Positions 54,601-64,000 of a stretch of DNA of 64,000 nt are shown here, piece by piece; position 1 is the stretch's first letter; each line of letters begins with the position of its first letter. The notes beneath the pieces were generated by a model that saw nothing but the letters and a program-made list of their open reading frames with translations, had not been told where the DNA came from and ran no database searches. The DNA is from Auanema rhodensis (taxonomy: Eukaryota > Animalia > Nematoda). The translations under genes were made by a program, and so were the position numbers. The stretch lies in NCBI GenBank assembly GCA_964057225.1, contig OZ059896.1, positions 992,001 through 1,056,000 on the forward strand. The letters run 5' to 3'.

Positions 54601-57600
54601 ACTAATGCATCATTTTTCAAACGATCATAACTTATTTTTGTATTAAGCGTTTCTCAATGTAGTATAGTGCATTCGATGCGGATTTTTAAGCTGCGTCGAT
54701 CTGTACTATCAGATTTGCGCTAGCTTGAAAATGCACCGAGATATCAACTGATATAAGTTCACACTTATATCCTCGATTTTCACCCTGAAGAATTAATTTT
54801 TTCGTTGAATAACATTGTCCATCGTTTTTGCCTCGAAAAAAGGAATCTAAAAACATCTACTTTTCGCTAAATTATTTTGAAATTTTTCGAAAAAATTTTT
54901 GTCAAAATGTTTTTGGAAGCAATTTTGAGTGTACATGGAAACTCAACATACACTAATGCATCATTTTTCAAACGATCATAACTAATTTTTGTATTAAGCG
55001 TTTCTCAATGTAGTATAGTGCATTCGATGCGGATTTTTAAGCTGCGTCGATCTGTACTATCAGATTTGCGCTAGCTTGAAAATGCACCGAGATATCAACT
55101 GATATAAGTTCACACTTATATCCTCGATTTTCACCCTGAAGAATTAATTTTTTCGTTGAATAACATTGTCCATCGTTTTTGCCTCGAAAAAAAGAATCTA
55201 AAAACATCTACTTTTCGCTAAATTATTTTGAAATTTTTCGAAAAAATTTTTGTCAAAATGTTTTTGGAAGCAATTTTGAGTGTACATGGAAACTCAACAT
55301 ACACTAATGCATCATTTTCCAAACGATCATAACTAATTTTTGTATTAAGCGTTTCTCAATGTAGTATAGTGCATTCGATGCGGATTTTTAAGCTGCGTCG
55401 ATCTGTACTATCAGATTTGCGCTGGCTTGAAAATGCACCGAGATATCAACTGATATAAGTTTACACCTATATCCTCTATTTTCACCCTGAAGAATTAATT
55501 TTTTCGTTGAATAACATTGTCCATCGTTTTTGCCTCGAAAAAAGGAATCTAAAAACATCTACTTTTCGCTAAATTATTTTAAAATTTTTCGAAAAAATTT
55601 TTGTCAAAATGTTTTTGGAAGCAATTTTGAGTGTACATGGAAACTCAACATACACTAATGCATCATTTTTCAAACGATCATAACTAATTTTTGTATTAAG
55701 CGTTTCTCAATGTAGTATAGTGCATTCGATGCGGATTTTTAAGCTGCGTCGATCTGTGCTATCAGATTTGCGCTAGCTTGAAAATGCACCGAGATATCAA
55801 CTGATATAAGTTCACACTTATATCCTCGATTTTCACCCTGAAGAATTAATTTTTTCGTTGAATAACATTGTCCATCGTTTTTACCTCGAAAAAAGGAATC
55901 TAAAAATATCTACTTTTCGCTAAATTATTTTGAAATTTTTCGAAAAAATTTTTGTCAAAATGTTTTTGGAAGCAATTTTGAGTGTACATGGAAACTCAAC
56001 ATACACTAATGCATCATTTTTCAAACGATCATAACTAATTTTTGTATTAAGCGTTTCTCAATGTAGTATAGTGCATTCGATGCGGATTTTTAAGCTGCGT
56101 CGATCTGTACTATCAGATTTGCGCTAGCTTGAAAATGCACCGAGATATCAACTGATATAAGTTCACACTTATATCCTCGATTTTCACCCTGAAGAATTAA
56201 TTTTTTCGTTGAATAACATTGTCCATCGTTTTTGCCTCGAAAAAAGGAATCTAAAAACATCTACTTTTCGCTAAATTATTTTGAAATTTTTCGAAAAAAT
56301 TTTTGTCAAAATGTTTTTGGAAGCAATTTTGAGTGTACATGGAAACTCAACATACACTAATGCATCATTTTTCAAACGATCATAACTAATTTTTGTATTA
56401 AGCGTTTCTCAATGTAGTATAGTGCATTCGATGCGGATTTTTAAGCTGCGTCGATCTGTACTATCAGATTTGCGCTAGCTTGAAAATGCACCGAGATATC
56501 AACTGATATAAGTTCACACTTATATCCTCGATTTTCACCCTGAAGAATTAATTTTTTCGTTGAATAACATTGTCCATCGTTTTTGCCTCGAAAAAAGGAA
56601 TCTAAAAACATCTACTTTTCGCTAAATTATTTTGAAATTTTTCGAAAAAATTTTTGTCAAAATGTTTTTGGAAGCAATTTTGAGTGTACATGGAAACTCA
56701 ACATACACTAATGCATCATTTTCCAAACGATCATAACTAATTTTTGTATTAAGCGTTTCTCAATGTAGTATAGTGCATTCGATGCGGATTTTTAAGCTGC
56801 GTCGATCTGTACTATCAGATTTGCGCTGGCTTGAAAATGCACCGAGATATCAACTGATATAAGTTTACACCTATATCCTCTATTTTCACCCTGAAGAATT
56901 AATTTTTTCGTTGAATAACATTGTCCATCGTTTTTGCCTTGAAAGAAGGAATCTAAAAACATCTACTTTTTGCTAAATTATTTTGAAATTTTTCGAAAAA
57001 ATTTTTGTCAAAATGTTTTTGGAAGCAATTTTGAGTGTACATGGAAACTCAACATACACTAATGCATCATTTTTCAAACGATCATAACTTATTTTTGTAT
57101 TAAGCGTTTCTCAATGTAGTATAGTGCATTCGATGCGGATTTTTAAGCTGCGTCGATCTGTACTATCAGATTTGCGCTAGCTTGAAAATGCACCGAGATA
57201 TCAACTGATATAAGTTTACACCTATATCCTCTATTTTCACCCTGAAGAATTAATTTTTTCGTTGAATAACATTGTCCATCGTTTTTGCCTTGAAAAAAGG
57301 AATCTAAAAACATCTACTTTTTGCTAAATTATTTTGAAATTTTTCGAAAAAATTTTTGTCAAAATGTTTTTGGAAGCAATTTTGAGTGTACATGGAAACT
57401 CAACATACACTAATGCATCATTTTTCAAACGATCATAACTTATTTTTGTATTAAGCGTTTCTCAATGTAGTATAGTGCATTCGATGCGGATTTTTAAGCT
57501 GCGTCGATCTGTACTATCAGATTTGCGCTAGCTCGAAAATGCACCGAGATATCAACTGATATAAGTTCACACTTATATCCTCGATTTTCACCCTGAAGAA

Positions 57601-57882
57601 TTGATTTTTTCGTTGAATAACATTGTCCATCGTTTTTGCCTCGAAAAAAGGAATCTAAAAACATCTACTTTTTGCTACATTATTTTGAAATTTTTCGAAA
57701 AAATTTTTGTCAAAATGTTTTTGGAAGCAATTTTGAGTGTACATGGAAACTCAACATACACTAATGCATCATTTTTCAAAAGGTCAGAACTAATTTTTGT
57801 ATTAAGCGTTTCTCAATGTAGTATAGTGCATTCGATGCGGATTATTAAGCTGCGTCGATCTGTACTATCAGATTTGCGCTAG
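57601..57882 (+). other. Incidental 93-codon ORF (TTG start) inside a variant satellite monomer; not supported as a gene
   Basis: The sequence is collinear with the monomer. It is open only because TAA->TAC (57678) and TAA->GAA (57787). I recognise no protein motif, and the composition is dominated by AT-rich codons (F, I, K, L, S). Confidence 0.85.
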
Positions 57883-60007
57883 CTTAAAAATGCACCGAGA
57901 TATCAACTGATATAAGTTCACACTTATATCCTCGATTTTCACCCTGAAGAATTAATTTTTTCGTTGAATAACATTGTCCATCGTTTTTGCCTCGAAAAAA
58001 GGAATCTAAAAACATCTACGTTTTGCTACATTATTTTGAAATTTTTCGAAAAAATTTTTGTCAAAATGTTTTTGGAAGCAATTTTGAGTGTACATGGAAA
58101 CTCAACATACACTAATGCATCATTTTTCAAAAGATCATAACTATTTTTTGTATTAAGCGTTTCTCAATGTAGTATAGTGCATTCGATGCGGATTATTAAG
58201 CTGCGTCGATCTGTACTATCAGATTTGCGCTAGCTTAAAAATGCACCGAGATATCAACTGATATAAGTTCACACTTATATCCTCGATTTTCACCCTGAAG
58301 AATTAATTTTTTCGTTGAATAACATTGTCCATCGTTTTTGCCTTGAAAAAAGAAATCTAAAAACATCTACTTTTTGCTAAATTATTTTGAAATTTTTCGA
58401 AAAAATTTTTGTCAAAATGTTTTTGGAAGCAATTTTGAGTGTACATGGAAACTCAACATACACTAATGCATCATTTTTCAAACGATCATAACTTAATTTT
58501 GTATTAAGCGTTTCTCAATGTAGTATAGTGCATTCGATGCGGATTTTTAAGCTGCGTCGATCTGTACTATCAGATTTGCGCTAGCTCGAAAATGCACCGA
58601 GATATCAACTGATATAAGTTCACACTTATATCCTCGATTTTCACCCTGAAGAATTGATTTTTTCGTTGAATAACATTGTCCATCGTTTTTGCCTCGAAAA
58701 AAGGAATCTAAAAACATCTACTTTTTGCTAAATTATTTTGAAATTTTTCGAAAAAATTTTTGTCAAAATGTTTTTGGAAGCAATTTTGAGTGTACATGGA
58801 AACTCAACATACACTAATGCATCATTTTTCAAAAGATCATAACTAATTTTTGTATTAAGCGTTTCTTAATGTAGTATAGTGCATTCGATGCGGATTATTA
58901 AGCTGCGTCGATCTGTACTATCAGATTTGCGCTAGCTTAAAAATGCACCGAGATATCAACTGATATAAGTTCACACTTATATCCTCGATTTTCACCCTGA
59001 AGAATTAATTTTTTCGTTGAATAACATCGTCCATCGTTTTTGCCTCAAAAAAAGGAATCTAAAAACATCTACTTTTCGCTAAATTATTTTGAAATTTTTC
59101 GAAAAAATTTTTGTCAAAATGTTTTTGGAAGCAATGTTGAGTGTACATGGAAACTCAACATACACTAATGCATCATTTTTCAAACGATCATAACTAATTT
59201 TTGTATTAAGCTTTTCTTAATGTAGTATAGTGCATTCGATGCGGATTTTTAAGCTGCGTCGATCTGTGTTATCAAATTTCCGCTAGCTTAAAAATGCACC
59301 GAGATATCAACTGATATAAGTTCACACTTATATCCTCGATTTTCACCCTGAAGAATTAATTTTTTCGTTGAATAACATTGTCCATCGTTTTTGCCTCAAA
59401 AAAAGGAATCTAAAAACATCTACTTTTCGCTAAATTATTTTGAAATTTTTCGAAAAAATTTTTGTCAAAATGTTTTTGGAAGCAATTTTGAGTGTACATG
59501 GAAACTCAACATACACTAATGCATCATTTTTCAAAAGATCATAACTAATTTTTGTATTAAGCTTTTCTTAATGTAGTATAGTGCATTCGATGCGGATTTT
59601 TAAGCTGCGTCGATCTGTACTATCTGATTTGCGCTAGCTTGAAAATGCACCGAGATATCAACTGATATAAGTTCACACTTATATCCTCGACTTTCACCCT
59701 GAAGAATTAATTTTTTCGTTGAATAACATTGTCCATCGTTTTTGCCTCAAAAAAAGGAATCTAAAAACATCTACTTTTCGCTAAATTATTTTGAAATTTT
59801 TCGAAAAAATTTTTGTCAAAATGTTTTTGGAAGCAATTTTGAGTGTACATGGAAACTCAACATACACTAATGCATCATTTTTCAAACGATCATAACTAAT
59901 TTTTGTATTAAGCGTTTCTCAATGTAGTATAGTGCATTCGATGCGGATTTTTAAGCTGCGTCGATCTGTACTATCAGATTTGCGCTAGCTTGAAAATGCA
60001 CCGAGAT

Positions 60008-63000
60008 ATCAACTGATATAAGTTCACACTTATATCCTCGATTTTCACCCTGAAGAATTAATTTTTTCGTTGAATAACATTGTCCATCGTTTTTGCCTCG
60101 AAAAAAGGAATCTAAAAACATCTACTTTTCGCTAAATTATTTTGAAATTTTTCGAAAAAATTTTTGTCAAAATGTTTTTGGAAGCAATTTTGAGTGTACA
60201 TGGAAACTCAACATACACTAATGCATCATTTTCCAAACGATCATAACTAATTTTTGTATTAAGCGTTTCTCAATGTAGTATAGTGCATTCGATGCGGATT
60301 TTTAAGCTGCGTCGATCTGTACTATCAGATTTGCGCTGGCTTGAAAATGCACCGAGATATCAACTGATATAAGTTTACACCTATATCCTCTATTTTCACC
60401 CTGAAGAATTAATTTTTTCGTTGAATAACATTGTCCATCGTTTTTGCCTCGGAAAAAGGAATCTAAAAACATCTACTTTTTGCTACATTATTTTGAAATT
60501 TTTCGAAAAAAATTTTGTCAAAATGTTTTTGGAAGCAATTTTGAGTGTACATGGAAACTCAACATACACTAATGCATCATTTTTCAAAAGATCATAACTA
60601 ATTTTTGTATTAAGCGTTTCTCAATGTAGTATAGTGCATTCGATGCGGATTATTAAGCTGCGTCGATCTGTACTATCAGATTTGCGCTAGCTTAAAAATG
60701 CACCGAGATATCAACTGATATAAGTTCACACTTATATCCTCGATTTTCACCCTGAAGAATTAATTTTTTCGTTGAATAACATTGTCCATCGTTTTTGCCT
60801 CAAAAAAAGGAATCTAAAAACATCTACTTTTCGCTAAATTATTTTGAAATTTTTCGAAAAAATTTTTGTCAAAATGTTTTTGGAAGCAATTTTGAGTGTA
60901 CATGGAAACTCAACATACACTAATGCATCATTTTTCAAACGATCATAACTAATTTTTGTATTAAGCGTTTCTCAATGTAGTATAGTGCATTCGATGCGGA
61001 TTTTTAAGCTGCGTCGATCTGTACTATCAGATTTGCGCTAGCTTGAAAATGCACCGAGATATCAACTGATATAAGTTCACACCTATATCCTCGATTTTCA
61101 CCCTGAAGAATTAATTTTTTCGTTGAATAACATTGTCCATCGTTTTTGCCTTGAAAAAAGGAATCTAAAAACATCTACTTTTCGCTAAATTATTTTGAAA
61201 TTTTTTGAAAAAATTTTTGTCAAAATGTTTTTGGAAGCAATTTTGAGTGTACATGGAAACTCAACATACACTAATGCATCATTTTTCAAAAGATCATAAC
61301 TAATTTTTGTATTAAGCTTTTCTTAATGTAGTATAGTGCATTCGATGCGGATTTTTAAGCTGCGTCGATCTGTACTATCTGATTTGCGCTAGCTTGAAAA
61401 TGCACCGAGATATCAACTGATATAAGTTCACACTTATATCCTCGACTTTCACCCTGAAGAATTAATTTTTTCGTTGAATAACATTGTCCATCGTTTTTGC
61501 CTCAAAAAAAGGAATCTAAAAACATCTACTTTTCGCTAAATTATTTTGAAATTTTTCGAAAAAATTTTTGTCAAAATGTTTTTGGAAGCAATTTTGAGTG
61601 TACATGGAAACTCAACATACACTAATGCATCATTTTTCAAACGATCATAACTAATTTTTGTATTAAGCGTTTCTCAATGTAGTATAGTGCATTCGATGCG
61701 GATTTTTAAGCTGCGTCGATCTGTACTATCAGATTTGCGCTAGCTTGAAAATGCACCGAGATATCAACTGATATAAGTTCACACTTATATCCTCGATTTT
61801 CACCCTGAAGAATTAATTTTTTCGTTGAATAACATTGTCCATCGTTTTTGCCTCGAAAAAAGGAATCTAAAAACATCTACTTTTCGCTAAATTATTTTGA
61901 AATTTTTCGAAAAAATTTTTGTCAAAATGTTTTTGGAAGCAATTTTGAGTGTACATGGAAACTCAACATACACTAATGCATCATTTTTCAAACGATCATA
62001 ACTAATTTTTGTATTAAGCGTTTCTCAATGTAGTATAGTGCATTCGATGCGGATTTTTAAGCTGCGTCGATCTGTACTATCAGATTTGCGCTAGCTTGAA
62101 AATGCACCGAGATATCAACTGATATAAGTTCACACTTATATCCTCGATTTTCACCCTGAAGAATTAATTTTTTCGTTGAATAACATTGTCCATCGTTTTT
62201 GCCTCGAAAAAAGGAATCTAAAAACATCTACTTTTCGCTAAATTATTTTGAAATTTTTCGAAAAAATTTTTGTCAAAATGTTTTTGGAAGCAATTTTGAG
62301 TGTACATGGAAACTCAACATACACTAATGCATCATTTTCCAAACGATCATAACTAATTTTTGTATTAAGCGTTTCTCAATGTAGTATAGTGCATTCGATG
62401 CGGATTTTTAAGCTGCGTCGATCTGTTCTATCAGATTTGCGCTAGCTTGAAAATGCACCGAGATATCAACTGATATAAGTTCACACTTATATCCTCGATT
62501 TTCACCCTGAAGAATTAATTTTTTCGTTGAATAACATTGTCCATCGTTTTTGCCTCGAAAAAAGGAATCTAAAAACATCTACTTTTCGCTAAATTATTTT
62601 GAAATTTTTCGAAAAAATTTTTGTCAAAATGTTTTTGGAAGCAATTTTGAGTGTACATGGAAACTCAACATACACTAATGCATCATTTTCCAAACGATCA
62701 TAACTAATTTTTGTATTAAGCGTTTCTCAATGTAGTATAGTGCATTCGATGCGGATTTTTAAGCTGCGTCGATCTGTACTATCAGATTTGCGCTGGCTTG
62801 AAAATGCACCGAGATATCAACTGATATAAGTTTACACCTATATCCTCTATTTTCACCCTGAAGAATTAATTTTTTCGTTGAATAACATTGTCCATCGTTT
62901 TTGCCTCGGAAAAAGGAATCTAAAAACATCTACTTTTTGCTACATTATTTTGAAATTTTTCGAAAAAAATTTTGTCAAAATGTTTTTGGAAGCAATTTTG

Positions 63001-63867
63001 AGTGTACATGGAAACTCAACATACACTAATGCATCATTTTTCAAAAGATCATAACTAATTTTTGTATTAAGCGTTTCTCAATGTAGTATAGTGCATTCGA
63101 TGCGGATTATTAAGCTGCGTCGATCTGTACTATCAGATTTGCGCTAGCTTAAAAATGCACCGAGATATCAACTGATATAAGTTCACACTTATATCCTCGA
63201 TTTTCACCCTGAAGAATTAATTTTTTCGTTGAATAACATTGTCCATCGTTTTTGCCTCAAAAAAAGGAATCTAAAAACATCTACTTTTCGCTAAATTATT
63301 TTGAAATTTTTCGAAAAAATTTTTGTCAAAATGTTTTTGGAAGCAATTTTGAGTGTACATGGAAACTCAACATACACTAATGCATCATTTTTCAAACGAT
63401 CATAACTAATTTTTGTATTAAGCGTTTCTCAATGTAGTATAGTGCATTCGATGCGGATTTTTAAGCTGCGTCGATCTGTACTATCAGATTTGCGCTAGCT
63501 TGAAAATGCACCGAGATATCAACTGATATAAGTTCACACCTATATCCTCGATTTTCACCCTGAAGAATTAATTTTTTCGTTGAATAACATTGTCCATCGT
63601 TTTTGCCTTGAAAAAAGGAATCTAAAAACATCTACTTTTCGCTAAATTATTTTGAAATTTTTTGAAAAAATTTTGTCAAAATGTTTTTGGAAGCAATTTT
63701 GAGTGTACATGGAAACTCAACATACACTAATGCATCATTTTTCAAAAGATCATAACTAATTTTTGTATTAAGCTTTTCTTAATGTAGTATAGTGCATTCG
63801 ATGCGGATTTCTAAGCTGCGTCGATCTGTACTATCAGATTTGCGCTAGCTTGAAAATGCACCGAGAT
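60008..63867. repeat. Four-monomer block (60008-61411) repeated at +2457 bp (62465-63867)
   Basis: CTCGGAAA at about 60452 and 62909, GCTACAT at 60486 and 62943, AGTTTACACC/CTCTATT at about 60375 and 62832. Confidence 0.88.
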
Positions 63868-64000
63868 ATCAACTGATATAAGTTCACACTTATATCCTCG
63901 ATTTTCACCCTGAAGAATTAATTTTTTCGTTGAATAACATTGTCCATCGTTTTTGCCTCAAAAAAAGGAATCTAAAAACATCTACTTTTCGCTAAATTAT

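Larger units (their letters stand above)
1..64000. repeat. Satellite DNA array, 351-bp monomer, about 182.4 head-to-tail copies; probably (peri)centromeric or heterochromatic eukaryotic satDNA
   Basis: ATCAACTGATATAAGTTCAC recurs at 1, 352, 703 ... 3511 (1+10x351), 7021 (1+20x351) ... 63868. No non-monomer sequence or reversed copy was seen. The array runs off both ends of the window. The centromeric/heterochromatic label is inference from size, AT content and homogeneity. Confidence 0.99.

Noticed and set aside
57601-57882. 93-aa ORF as a real protein-coding gene
   Set aside because: It is a satellite monomer with two stop-loss substitutions and a TTG start. There is no recognisable domain or gene context.
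1-64000. CRISPR array or other repeat-spacer/cassette system
   Set aside because: There are no unique spacers or cargo between the palindromes, the entire unit is repeated, and no cas or integrase genes are present.

Overview
The whole 64-kb window is one uninterrupted head-to-tail tandem array (satellite DNA) of an AT-rich 351-bp monomer, about 32% GC by hand count of the consensus. It holds 182 complete copies plus a 133-bp partial copy, all in the same orientation. Monomers differ only by scattered substitutions and 19 single-base indels (net -15 bp, which accounts exactly for the last monomer starting at 63868 instead of 63883). I see no genes, RNA genes, transposon insertions, CRISPR spacers or inversions. 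The one ORF in the track is a monomer that lost two stop codons. The structure worth attention is internal: (i) each monomer is built from four dyad/hairpin modules plus A/T tracts and is roughly two nucleosomes long, as in eukaryotic (peri)centromeric satellites; (ii) diagnostic variants show local duplications at 1, 2, 4, 6, 7, 11, 15 and 39 monomer spacing, plus a recurring ordered cassette and regional subfamilies; (iii) many polymorphisms are CpG->TpG/CpA although CpG is over-represented; (iv) one multi-base variant looks templated. I cannot name the family or organism. I found no convincing novel gene-based system. All comparisons were done by eye.
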